A stretch of 64,000 nt of DNA from an uncultured Verrucomicrobiae bacterium (GCA_963813135.1 CAWEXY010000021.1:142075-206074); one strand, 5' to 3'. Positions 17,299-29,631 are shown, counted from the first letter of the stretch. Notes: generated from the sequence alone by a model not told the origin. Program-made: numbers and translations.

Positions 17299-18405
17299 AT
17301 GGAAGCAACTTCATCAGGCCTTAAAATAAACCATTCTTCAGCAGCAGCGGCTGGAAATCTATTTAACGAGTATAATGACGACCCTAATTTACGTGCCCTT
17401 TGTATAGAGGCGGAAGCCAATATTCCGCGAGGAACTCCTAATCGCTCGATTGCTTTAGTTGACGCTGTCGTCCAACGCGTCTACAAAGAAGCACGTGCTT
17501 GGCGTAATGCCATTCCTACACAACTTTACAATAGACAGCAGAATACAGACGACGGTTTATGCGCAGGGCTATATGCAACGCAAAAAGCCAACAATGCCTT
17601 TCATAACCTCACGCGCACATTCGAAAGGGATCCCGCTGTTGGTGAATTTAAAAGTAAGAAATTCAAAAATGCAGATGAGATGTATAAGTTTTTTGCCCAG
17701 AAAGATCTTATTACATCTTGTTTCACTAATGACACCTTGGATCCGGTGAAAACTATCATGACCTATAGGGGACCTAAGCCGGTTCATTTAAGCCTGCAAG
17801 GTTTAGGTATTGAAACATTGCATTCTAATTGGTTATCTGAAGGTTTAATCAGCCTCAACCTCAGTTCCAACTCGATCAAGAGCATTGATGAGGTGAAACT
17901 CCCTCAGAATTTGGCGACATTAGACTTAAGCTACAACTTATTGGAATCAGCTCCTCACAACTTGGCACATGAGGTTACGAATCTTTCTCTTAGAGGAAAT
18001 CCCATAGAAAAATTGACCTCATTTGATGGTCTAGAGAGACTTACAGAGTTGGATATTGCGTATGTGGGAAAAAATGGCCGTCCGGTAGATTTGCTAAACA
18101 GCTTTTGGATAAACTTCGGTGCTAAGAAAACAATTACTATTTCTCCTGGCATGGAATTCATGGTCCCTCAAGAGATACAAAACCGCGTGACTTTCCTGAA
18201 TGCTCAGAATAACGAGGCATTACCCATTATTAATGGGCTAGTTGAATGTAAAGCTGCGCAACTAATAAAAGATCCAGATCCTTCACCAAAAGCGGCAAAA
18301 AGCCGCAGCTTTGCAAGTTTCGTCTTAAAATGCTTGGGCATTTCTGCGGTGCTGGCCTTGATTGGCTATTTGGGTTGGAAATTGTGGACGCGAGCCAGAG
18401 CCTAA
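17299..18405 (+). CDS. Leucine-rich repeat protein with C-terminal TM anchor
   Basis: LNLSSNSI, LDLSYNLL, LSLRGNPI, LDIAY; C-terminal hydrophobic helix plus basic tail. Confidence 0.85.
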   Translation: MEATSSGLKINHSSAAAAGNLFNEYNDDPNLRALCIEAEANIPRGTPNRSIALVDAVVQRVYKEARAWRNAIPTQLYNRQQNTDDGLCAGLYATQKANNAFHNLTRTFERDPAVGEFKSKKFKNADEMYKFFAQKDLITSCFTNDTLDPVKTIMTYRGPKPVHLSLQGLGIETLHSNWLSEGLISLNLSSNSIKSIDEVKLPQNLATLDLSYNLLESAPHNLAHEVTNLSLRGNPIEKLTSFDGLERLTELDIAYVGKNGRPVDLLNSFWINFGAKKTITISPGMEFMVPQEIQNRVTFLNAQNNEALPIINGLVECKAAQLIKDPDPSPKAAKSRSFASFVLKCLGISAVLALIGYLGWKLWTRARA

Positions 18406-18434
18406 GCTTCACTGCTTGCAAGGGATTGGAAGAG

Positions 18435-19820
18435 TTATTCAAGAGAACTTTGGATTTCCCAGACTAAGGCCCTTCCTTTTCCCAGGGAAGAGAGAAGGCC
18501 TTTGCGCTTGAGCTGTGCCAGGTAGTAACGGACAGATCGCTCTGAATGCAATTTTGACAAATACCTAAAAATGTCGCGGAAAGCAAGTCTTTTTCCTGCT
18601 TCGAATAGGCGCAATATCGCTTTTTCATGGTCCAATAATACAATGGAAGCGCTCGCTGTTTCTCTAAGCCGCATGGGGGCGTAGGGATAAAACGTCACAC
18701 GAATCGCTGAGCCTAATTCTTCCCATGTCGGTGCAGGATATCCCCCCTTTTCGCAAGCATCGATAATTCTTTTGTAACCGCTTCCCCACTCTTCCATGAG
18801 ATGCAAGTCGCGAAAGACGCGGGTCAATACCCGATTGCGGATATGACTGACTCCCGCTTTGAAGTTATCTAAAGTGTAGCCAAAAGGGAACATGCCAGGA
18901 CTTTGTATTTCAAGACGGTTATCGAAAATCGCCACTTGAATGCAGCTGCTGCCAGAAGAATAGTCCGCGTGGACAAGAGCATTAATCAACACTTCGCGGA
19001 CAGCCAAGGCTGAATATTCAGGGACATCTTTTCGTTGCATAGTAGAAAATTCGGCATGGAGGCGCGTGTTGCGTGCGATAAATTTAGGGACTTCGGTTAC
19101 GGCATCTAAAATGGTGCCTTCGACATCATATCGATCTAAAAAGCGGGCTTTATCTTCGCCTTGAAACCGCGCGCAAGCCACCCGGGCTTGAGGAAAAAAT
19201 CGTTCGCGCTCCAAAGATTTTCCAAGCAATATCAATCCTCCAATGGTAGGGACTAATCGATGGGCAACATGGGTCAGAATGCCTAAAGATTGGAGTTTTT
19301 TATCATCGATCTTCTTCTTTATTTTTTTAAAAAAAAGCACCAAAGGTTCAATTTCTAAATCTTCCTCGGATAAATCCGGAAGCGCTTGGCTGTCAAACGA
19401 GACGTTCAATATGGACCGTTGCATTTCGGCTACAAGCTCAGGCCCAGCGGGCCTGCTTGTTGAACCAAGGCGAATGTAAACGCCTCGAGGAATCCCTTCA
19501 TTTTTAATATAAAATGGCCCTTTGAAATAAGAGACGCGTATAAGAATTAGATTTTTCCCGGCGACTGTTGCAATTTCTATATCAGGCCGCACTGAGGGAA
19601 AAATAGCATCCGAAATCGCATTGGCTATTGTCTCTTCGGCCTTAAAGATATCAGGAACTCCGATAATTTCACCTGGAGCGGATTGGCCGATAATAAGCGT
19701 TCCGCCCGCTGTATTTGTAAACGCAACGATTGTTTTAAGAATAGGGCCTAGAGAAGAAATATCTCTCTTGAATTCTAGCGTCTTGGACTCAGGCGATAAT
19801 AAAAGAGCTTGCAAATCCAT
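18435..19820 (-). CDS. Schlafen/AlbA_2 + HATPase_c_4 + wHTH protein
   Basis: ESKTLEFK, VAFTNTAGGTLIIG, REVLINALVHADY, DNRLEIQSPG, MEEWGSG, C-terminal HTH. Confidence 0.9.
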   Translation of the reverse strand: MDLQALLLSPESKTLEFKRDISSLGPILKTIVAFTNTAGGTLIIGQSAPGEIIGVPDIFKAEETIANAISDAIFPSVRPDIEIATVAGKNLILIRVSYFKGPFYIKNEGIPRGVYIRLGSTSRPAGPELVAEMQRSILNVSFDSQALPDLSEEDLEIEPLVLFFKKIKKKIDDKKLQSLGILTHVAHRLVPTIGGLILLGKSLERERFFPQARVACARFQGEDKARFLDRYDVEGTILDAVTEVPKFIARNTRLHAEFSTMQRKDVPEYSALAVREVLINALVHADYSSGSSCIQVAIFDNRLEIQSPGMFPFGYTLDNFKAGVSHIRNRVLTRVFRDLHLMEEWGSGYKRIIDACEKGGYPAPTWEELGSAIRVTFYPYAPMRLRETASASIVLLDHEKAILRLFEAGKRLAFRDIFRYLSKLHSERSVRYYLAQLKRKGLLSSLGKGRALVWEIQSSLE

Positions 19821-19919
19821 ACGCTAGCTAATCATGCAAAAAGCTGCAAAATCCTGCAAGAAGTATTGCAGGATTGCGTGGCTTAACAGAGAATGTATGT
19901 GAAATACAGAATGTAATGA

Positions 19920-20018
19920 AACGCGAGTTTTGTTTAAAGCCTCCAAGGAGAAACCTCAAATGAAGGATGAGGTTTTCTGAAAATCAATATCATGGAGGAG
20001 TTAAAGAAAACTCGCGTT
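19920..20018. repeat. About 100-bp imperfect palindrome downstream of 5S rRNA
   Basis: AACGCGAGTTTT...AAAACTCGCGTT ends, inner CTCCA/TGGAG and AAACCTCA/TGAGGTTT. Confidence 0.75.
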
Positions 20019-20028
20019 GAAAGAAAAA

Positions 20029-20144
20029 GCCTGGCGACGACCTACTCTACCACACTCTTGAGTGCAGTACCATCGGCGAGGAAGGGCTTGACTTCTGAGT
20101 TCGGGATGGGATCAGGTATGTCCCCTTCTCTATGGTCACCAGGC
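20029..20144 (-). rRNA. rrf: 5S rRNA
   Basis: Reverse complement GCCTGGTGACCATAG...CCCATCCCGAACTCAGAAG...GTAGGTCGTCGCCAGGC. Confidence 0.95.
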
Positions 20145-20628
20145 AAAAACTTTAAAATATGGAGCGAAACACTATACATCTACTAAGAGATGTACTACTA
20201 AATTGAAATGGCGCCTGAAAGCGTTTGTAAAAAACGCGGCGTTCTTCATCAAAGCTTTTCGATGAAGAAAAATAAGATTAAGTCGATGGACCTATTAGTA
20301 TTGGTTAGCTAAACACATTACTGTGCGTACACACCCAACCTATCAACCCGGTAATCTTCCGGAGGTCTCATTGGGATACCTTATCTTGAGGGAGGCTTGG
20401 CGTTTAGATGCTTTCAACGCTTATCCTTTCCGAACATAGCTACCCGGCGATGCACTTGGCAGTACAACCGGAACACCATCGGTCCGTCCACTTCGGTCCT
20501 CTCGTACTAGAAGCAGCTCCTCTCAGGTATCCTACGCCCACAACAGATAGGGACCAAACTGTCTCACGACGTTTTGAACCCAACTCGCGTACCGCTTTAA
20601 TTGGCGAACAGCCAAACCCTTGGGACCT

Positions 20629-21041
20629 CTATCCGTTTTCCGATATTACTATCGGTGTCAGACTATTCCTTCACCGTATTCTACATTGTCACCAATGAGA
20701 AGTTAGGTGCGGGCCGTGTGATAGGAATCTTTGTAGATATCTCTATCTCACGTTGTCTCTGAAAAGACAACGCTCAGTCGTTAGGGGAGGCAATTTTCTT
20801 GGATCTTGATTCCATAGTTGAACACAGATTTTCAGATCGTATGTTAAACCGAAACCAAGTATCTGCTAGATGAGTGATTTACAAGCAGTACCAGAAGTAC
20901 CAACTTGTAAGCTCACGTAACTTCAGAAAATTCCTTTCCCACGGCGTTAACCTCTTACGAGGCATTCACCGTTTTGAGCCCGTTTATTACTCTAGAGTTT
21001 CCTCTAGAGAGAGAAGATTTTAACCTGAATGGTTATTGTTT
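20629..21041 (-). ncRNA. ORF-less group I intron (IA-like) at ~L2533, 413 nt
   Basis: Interrupts GGGGCUGGAGA|AGGUCCC; ends in G; P3 CGGGC/GCCCG; R AACGACUGA and S AAUAGUCUGA; extension between P7 and P3'. Confidence 0.85.
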
Positions 21042-21113
21042 TCTCCAGCCCCAGGATGCGATGAGTCGACATCGAGGTGCCAAACCGCCACGTCGATATG
21101 AACTCTTGGTGGC

Positions 21114-21150
<37 letters not shown>

Positions 21151-21293
21151 AAGCGACGGCGATTCCACTTTCTACCGCCGGATCACTAAGTCCTACTTTC
21201 GTACCTGCTTGACTTGTTGGTCTCGCAGTTAACCTGCCTTATACCTTTACGCTCTTTTCGTGATTGCCAACCACGATGAGGCAAGCTTTGAAC

Positions 21294-21328
<35 letters not shown>

Positions 21329-21601
21329 CAAACTACCCGTCTGGCACTGTCCATCATCCGGATTCACGGACCGATGTTAGATTTCCGACTCTTCAAGACT
21401 AGTATTTCAACGTTGACTCCAGAAGCCCTGACGAGCCTCCTTCAAAGTCTCCTAGTTATCCTACACATGAAAAGTCAGAAGCCCATACCAAAGTATAGTA
21501 AAGGTTCACGGGGTCTTTCCGTCTTGTTGCGGGTAAACAGCATCTTCACTGCTACTACAATTTCACCGAGTCTCTCGTTGAGACAGTGCCCAGATCGTTA
21601 G

Positions 21602-21652
<51 letters not shown>

Positions 21653-22323
21653 CATTTATGTTAGCTACCTATCGCTAGGTAGATCGGACTATATCATATC
21701 CCCCTGAAGCGGAGGATTCTGGCGTATAGTCTCTGAGGATTCTATCTATTACTTCTTGCAAAGTTCTTTTATGTTCTTTTCCTTTAGAGTTCGGATTCAT
21801 CCGATACGCTAGCGTGAACAACCGTATCAAACCTTCACGTGAGTGATGTTCTTTACGCTCTTCCATCGCTTTAACGATTTCTCTAAACATGAGAAAAGTT
21901 TCCCACTTTGCTGAGAAGATCATATACTTCTCAAAAAATGGTATCACTTTCTCATATAGTGACCGCCTTGATGTTATTGAAAACACTAAGACATTTTCAC
22001 TACCGGATTTCGGAACTATTCTTCCTGTTCCGAAAACATCTTTAGCAAGCTCCAAGAGCTTTATTCCGGCTTTATGTTGGTATAAGAAAAATTCAGGATC
22101 GAGATGCATCCCATACCTTACGGTGGGGTGCTCTTTTATCGATACTGTGAGAGATCCTTCTCCCTCGATAAAACCAGCCAAGTAATACTTGAGCTCTTGG
22201 GTAACAGATAGCCTTTCCTGCTGATTGTCTGCGTTCATAGATTGTCACCTTGCTAGGTACTATGACATACTCAGATGTTCCAGCATATAGCCAGATTTTC
22301 TAACGGCCATATCTAAGGATTTA
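21653..22323 (-). ncRNA. Group I intron (IB-like) at L1923, 671 nt
   Basis: Interrupts UAACGGU|CCUAAGGUAGCGAA; IGS GCCGUU gives the U-G pair; AUGCUGG/AAUCAGCAGG, CAGAGACUA/AUAUAGUCC; terminal G. Confidence 0.93.
21675..22238 (-). CDS. Single-motif LAGLIDADG homing endonuclease, I-CeuI-like
   Basis: YLAGFIEGEGS; DPEF, GRIxxKSGS and SLxEKVIPF segments as recalled for I-CeuI; same insertion site. Confidence 0.92.
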   Translation of the reverse strand: MNADNQQERLSVTQELKYYLAGFIEGEGSLTVSIKEHPTVRYGMHLDPEFFLYQHKAGIKLLELAKDVFGTGRIVPKSGSENVLVFSITSRRSLYEKVIPFFEKYMIFSAKWETFLMFREIVKAMEERKEHHSREGLIRLFTLAYRMNPNSKGKEHKRTLQEVIDRILRDYTPESSASGGYDIVRST

Positions 22324-24651
22324 ACCGTTATAGTTACGGCCGCCATTCACCAGGGCTTAAATTCAATGCTTCGCCTTGCGGCTGACATCTCCTTTTGACC
22401 TTTTGGCATTGGGCAGGCATCACACCATATACATCCCCTTAGACGGCTTTGCATAGTGCTGTGTTTTTGTTAAACAGTCGCCTGGGCCATTTCTCTGCGA
22501 CCGCCTTCGCTTCTTGACGCGAAGTCAATAACGACACAGGGCTCCTCTTCTCCCGAAGTTACGAGGGTAATTTGCAGAGTTCCTTAACGAGAGTTATCTC
22601 GCGCGCCTGAGAATATTCTTCCCACCCACCTGTGTCGGTTTTGGTACGGTCACCTTCGAACGACTAGAAATTATTTCTTGGAAGCATCGCGCTTCGTCAT
22701 CGGTTCCCCCGAGGGTTCCCCTTGTCCAATACCGGGTATTATGCCTGCCGGACTTACCTATCAGCCCTCCCCATACTCAAACGGACATTTCCAATCGTCC
22801 GCACGCTTAACTTACTTCGTCACTTCATTGCATAAATCTTACGGTGGCGCAGGAATATTTAACCTGCTTCCCATCGCCTACGCGTTTCCGCCTCGGCTTA
22901 GGGACCGGCTAACCCAGGGAAGACGAGCTTTACCCTGGAAACCTTAGGTTTTCGGCGAGAAGGATTTTCACCTTCTTTATCGTTTACTCATGCCATGCAT
23001 TATCACTTGTATGCGCTCCAACGCTCCTTACGGTACATCTTCACCGCACATACAACGCTCTCCTACCGCGCACTACTTACGTAGTGCACCCGAGATTTCG
23101 GCTCTATGCTTTAGTCCCGTATATTATAGGCGCAAAGTCTCTCGATTGGTGAGCTGTTACGCACTCTTTAAATGATGGCTGCCTCTAAGCCAACATCCCA
23201 ACTGTCTTTGAAACCTCACTTCCTTTCTCACTTAGCATAGAATTTGGGGCCTTAATCGTCGATCTGGGCTGTTCCCCTTTTGACAATGAAGCTTATCCCC
23301 CACAGTCTATCTCCCAGTGTCTTCCTGGTATTCGGAGTTTGATTTCCGTTGGTAGGCCGGTAAGCCCCCTAGTGAATTCAGTGCTCTACCCCCAAGAAGT
23401 TTTCATCTGAGGCTAACCCTAAAGTTATTTCGGAGAGAACAAGATATCTCCAAGTTTGATTAGCCTTTCACCCCTATCCACAGCTCATCCAAGACTTTTT
23501 CAACAGTCACTAGTTCGGTCCTCCACAAGGTGTTACCCTTGTTTCAACCTGGCCATGGATAGATCACTTGGTTTCGTGTCTAAATCATATGACTAAATCG
23601 CGCTTATTCACACTCGCTTTCGCTCCGGCTCCGGAACGTTGTCCCTTAACCTTGCCATATAACTTAACTCGCTGGCTCATCATGCAAAAGGCACGCCGTC
23701 AGCCATTCCCTCAAAGAGGGCATAGGCCTTCGACCGTTTGTAGGCTACTGGTTTCAGGTTCTATTTCACTCCCCTAACAGGGGTTCTTTTCACCTTTCCC
23801 TCGCGGTACTGGTTCACTATCGGTCATCGACTAGTATTTAGCCTTGGAGGGTGGTCCCCCCAGATTCAGACCGGGTTTCACGTGTCCGGTCCTACTCAGG
23901 TACCAATCGCGCCTCTTTGTCTTTCGTTTACGGGGCTCTCACCCTATATTGCTCACCTTTCCAGATGTATTCAACTAAGACTCTAAGTACGCATATGACT
24001 GGCCCTACAACCCCAGAGATACAAGATCTCTGGTTTGGGCTCTTCCCACTTCGCTCGCCGCTACTAAGGGAATCTCTTTAGATTTTTTTTCCTCTGCTTA
24101 CTGAGATGTGTCCCTTCAGCAGGTATCGCTTCTATCCCTATGGATTCAGGTATAATAATAGGAAATTACTCCTACTGGGTTCCCCCATTCGGACATCTCC
24201 GGTTCAAAACTTCTTTCCGGCTCCCCGAAGCTTATCGCAGGTTAGCGCGTCCTTCATCGCCTGTCGATGCCAAGGCATCCACCAATAGCCCTTAATAACT
24301 TAATCACAAAAATTTTCATCAAGTTAGCTAAAGTCTCACAAACATAAAATTTGTGGTAATTTAATCGCCGCTATTTTTACTTACTACAGAATTCACTTGC
24401 TAGAATTCCATACTCTCAAGCACCAATTTCATTTCAGTGAAATTTAGCTTTCCGCTATAAAATTGACTATTACTTAGAAATTTATTGACTTACCTGATCT
24501 ACATGATCTGTTCAGAGATATCTACTACTTCTCACTGAAAACGGAGAAATGATAATTCTATTAGTTTCGACTAGAGATAGGGAAGAATGAAGCAAAGCGT
24601 AAGCTTATCTCAACCTATGAAAGAATTGTGAGGTTCTTTTCAATTGTCCTT

Positions 24652-26208
<1,557 letters not shown>

Positions 26209-26543
26209 AATTAAGAATTTGAACACCTAGACTAAAAGTCTAGGATTTATCCAAAAAAATTTTAGGTAGCTCCTACAACTTACGTTGCAGAAGCCCCACA
26301 AGCTTACTTAAGTAAATCTTACGATTCACCTTACACTTGTTCATTGCTTCTCTACTCTTGTCGAATCAACTTGCAGACTTCGCGTCGCTATTCTCTCACG
26401 ATAAATTTCGCGAGGAAGCCACCAACATACTAAACTCCGCGAATTTTCTGCAAACGCTTTCTCCAAAAATCGAAATTTCCCTCTAATTAAATAAAATACT
26501 TGTCACAATAAGCCGGTACTTTTATGAAGAAGATGGAGGCAAT

Positions 26544-27983
26544 ATGCGCTCACTTTGCGTTCCCTTGCTGTTCATCTACACCTCGTTGCTCCTAGGGAAA
26601 CCGTCGCAGCCCTCGGTCGTGCACGGCTCAGTATCTATCGGCCCTTCTAACGGGCCCATGATTCTCCAAGCCAGCACTGACAGGTCCATTGTTCATTGGA
26701 AGGATTTTTCCATCGATCTTGGCGAACAGGTGCAATTTCAGCTCCCGAGCCAAACCTCCGCTATTTTGAACCGCGTCACAGGCAGATCCCCAAGCTTGAT
26801 CCACGGGCTTTTGCAGAGCAATGGCAGGGTCTATCTGATCAATCCCCATGGGATTGTCATTTCACCGGAAGGCGTCATAGACACTGCCGGCTTTGTTGCC
26901 TCAACGCTACAGCTTACCGACAAGAATTTCTTAGAAAACAACTTCCTTTTTGAAGGATCTTCTACACAGGGCATCGCCATCCACGGACAGGTCATCGCTT
27001 CGAATGGAGATGCGATCTTTATTGGATATTCCATCGACAAGACCGGATCGGTTCAAACTCCCCAAGGCACAGCAGCCTTTGGGGTAGGGCAAAGGGTCGT
27101 TGTTCATCCTGTTGGCGAGGAGCGCCTTGCCATCATTCCTACCGACAGCCCCCCGGCTGAAACAGGCCTATCGCATGCGGGCCCTATCCTAGCGCACCAT
27201 GTCGAGTTAAAAGCCGACGGCAACGTTTATGCCCTAGCGATCAACGACACAGGCGCGATCCGCGCAACGAAGCTCGAAGAACAGGCAGGGCGCATCATTT
27301 TAAAAGCAGTGGACGGCTTTGCTGCGACTAGCGGACATCTTGCCGCAGAAGGAGGAGAGATCCAGGTTCTGGGCAAAAATGCCTATGTCAATGGAACTCT
27401 CGATGTTTCCAGCCCAGAAGGCGGCGGCACCATTTATGTCGGCGGGGAACGCTCAGAAACAGCTTTTGTTGACAAGGCCGCAGTGCTGGCAGCCGATGCC
27501 ACCGGCAAGGGCCGCGGCGGACACGTATCCGTTTTTAGCGAGGAAGCGTATGTCCACGGCTCTGTCGCCGCCCGCGGCGGGCCCCATGGGGGCGCAGGCG
27601 GAGAAATCGACATCGCCGGCGTTAAAATCACCGACATCCTCGGACAGCTCGATAACAGCGCTCCAAAGGGCCTCGAAGATGCGGCTGTCCACATCGACAC
27701 GCCACCGCTCTTATCCCCAATACCTTTCCTTTCCCTTCCCCTAGGCGCTGCACCGACGCCTCTTCCAGAAGGCTTCTTTTACCTTATCGCCTTCTATTCC
27801 GCCGAGATGTCCAACAACCTCAAACTATTCGACACCTATGTCTGGCTCGATCCTTTCTCCTTGTGTCTGCAAGGAAAGAAGACGAAAACTATCCAGTCTA
27901 GCTTTGATTTTGACAATTGCCAAGAGCAGCCAGTGACGATCAAAAAAATTAACTATTATCAGGCAGATAGAAACGACTACTGA
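26544..27983 (+). CDS. TpsA-like filamentous haemagglutinin N-terminal domain protein (short)
   Basis: Signal peptide, WKDFSI, ILNRVTG, VYLINPHGI TPS motif, glycine-rich beta-helix repeats. Confidence 0.88.
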   Translation: MRSLCVPLLFIYTSLLLGKPSQPSVVHGSVSIGPSNGPMILQASTDRSIVHWKDFSIDLGEQVQFQLPSQTSAILNRVTGRSPSLIHGLLQSNGRVYLINPHGIVISPEGVIDTAGFVASTLQLTDKNFLENNFLFEGSSTQGIAIHGQVIASNGDAIFIGYSIDKTGSVQTPQGTAAFGVGQRVVVHPVGEERLAIIPTDSPPAETGLSHAGPILAHHVELKADGNVYALAINDTGAIRATKLEEQAGRIILKAVDGFAATSGHLAAEGGEIQVLGKNAYVNGTLDVSSPEGGGTIYVGGERSETAFVDKAAVLAADATGKGRGGHVSVFSEEAYVHGSVAARGGPHGGAGGEIDIAGVKITDILGQLDNSAPKGLEDAAVHIDTPPLLSPIPFLSLPLGAAPTPLPEGFFYLIAFYSAEMSNNLKLFDTYVWLDPFSLCLQGKKTKTIQSSFDFDNCQEQPVTIKKINYYQADRNDY

Positions 27984-29626
27984 TGCGCAAAAACATTCTA
28001 TTAGCAACCTTGTTGTTGGTCGGACCTCTCTCAGCAGATGCTCCTGCGGCCAAAGCCCCCGCGCAGACAGCCACGCCCATTTTAAAGGGAATCGTCCTCC
28101 TAGGGACCTATGATGATTTTGTTCCTGACACCTCTAAGATGTCGGGCATCGCGTTTCGCCACATCGACGTCCCAGGCAATCCAGCCGACCTCCAAGCGCG
28201 CCTGCAGATTTTTTTAGACACCCACAAAATAACGCAGGATACGCTGGCGGTCATCAAACGAGAGATCATCCTCTATTACCGCGCGCATAACCATCCTGTC
28301 ATCATGGTGCTGGCGCCCGAGCAAGATGTGACCAGCGGCGTCCTGCAATTCGTCGTGATGGAAAGCCGCGTTGGCAGCATTGAATTTTCCGGCAACAAGC
28401 ATTTTTCTACAGAGCTATTAGAAAAATATGTCCGCCTCAACCCCGGCGACACGATCGATTCCAGCCTGCTTTTCAGCGATGTCAATTGGATGAACCGCAA
28501 CCCCTTCCACCACACCAATGTCGTCCTGACGCCCGGTAAAACGAGCGGGACCACCGATGTTCGCTATGTCACCGAAGACCGCCGCCAGGCCCGCGTCTAT
28601 GCCGGCTGCGATAATACGGGCAACGACCACACTGGCAACGCCCGCTGGATGGCCGGGATCAATTGGGCAAACGCCTTCGGCCTCGATGAAATTATGACCT
28701 ACCAATACACGACATCGAGCGACTTCCATAAATTCCAGGCCCATACCCTCAATTACGTCATTCCCCTTCCCTGGCGCAATATCCTCACCATCTACGGGGG
28801 CTACTCGACAGTCCATCCCCATTTTCACCCTTTTAGAAGCCATGGCCAAGCAGGGCAAGGAAGCCTCCGCTACCAAATTCCTGTCGGGAAAACTTATACG
28901 ACCTTCCTCCAAAATGTCGATGTCGGTTTTGATTACAAGGGGACCAACAACGCCCTCGACTTTTTTGAAATCCCCATCGACTCCGCATCAGGAACCGTCA
29001 ATTTAACCCAACTCGTCCTCAGCTACAATTTAAACTACGCCTTCACTAAGCATAAGATCGGATTCCAAACAGAGCTATTCTGGTCTCCCGGTGTTTGGAT
29101 CCCCCATCAATCCCGCGAGGACTATGAGCGCCTGCGACAAGGCGCTACGCCTTACTACTTTTTTGGCCGCGTCCGTATCGACGATTACATTTCTTTTCCG
29201 GACTGGCTCCTCTTCACGGAAGGGAGAGCCCAAGTTTCCACAGCGAGCCTTCTCCCCTCGGAACAATTTGGCCTGGGCGGTTACAATACTGTTCGCGGGT
29301 ACCAAGAGCGTCTCGTGAACGTCGATACCGCCTTTTGCTTCAACGTCGAAGCTCGGTCCAACGACATTAAAATCCTCCAGCGATGGAAGCCGAGCTTTAA
29401 AGATTCTCTGATTTTCTTAGGATTTGTTGATTTTGGGACAGGCTATAACCACAATCCCATTCCTGGCATCGACGGATGGCAAAGCCTTCTCGGCATTGGC
29501 CCAGGGATGCGCTACCAGGTCGGCTCTTGGCTGACCGGCCGCCTCGATTGGGCATTCCCCTTGCTTAAGGTTGCCGATCATAAACGCGAGCAGCGCCTGC
29601 ACTTTTCTCTCATCGTCAGCTATTAG
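27983..29626 (+). CDS. ShlB/FhaC/HecB family (TpsB) outer-membrane transporter
   Basis: POTRA region (PEQDVTSGVL), LPSEQFGLGGYNTVRGY, FVDFG, C-terminal beta strand. Confidence 0.9.
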   Translation: MRKNILLATLLLVGPLSADAPAAKAPAQTATPILKGIVLLGTYDDFVPDTSKMSGIAFRHIDVPGNPADLQARLQIFLDTHKITQDTLAVIKREIILYYRAHNHPVIMVLAPEQDVTSGVLQFVVMESRVGSIEFSGNKHFSTELLEKYVRLNPGDTIDSSLLFSDVNWMNRNPFHHTNVVLTPGKTSGTTDVRYVTEDRRQARVYAGCDNTGNDHTGNARWMAGINWANAFGLDEIMTYQYTTSSDFHKFQAHTLNYVIPLPWRNILTIYGGYSTVHPHFHPFRSHGQAGQGSLRYQIPVGKTYTTFLQNVDVGFDYKGTNNALDFFEIPIDSASGTVNLTQLVLSYNLNYAFTKHKIGFQTELFWSPGVWIPHQSREDYERLRQGATPYYFFGRVRIDDYISFPDWLLFTEGRAQVSTASLLPSEQFGLGGYNTVRGYQERLVNVDTAFCFNVEARSNDIKILQRWKPSFKDSLIFLGFVDFGTGYNHNPIPGIDGWQSLLGIGPGMRYQVGSWLTGRLDWAFPLLKVADHKREQRLHFSLIVSY

Positions 29627-29631
29627 AGCTG

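Noticed and set aside
24307..24651. tRNA in the 16S-23S spacer
   Set aside because: No T-loop or cloverleaf; complementarity to the 23S-5S spacer (CGCCGCTATTTTTAC vs GTAAAAAACGCGGCG) is the ordinary processing stem
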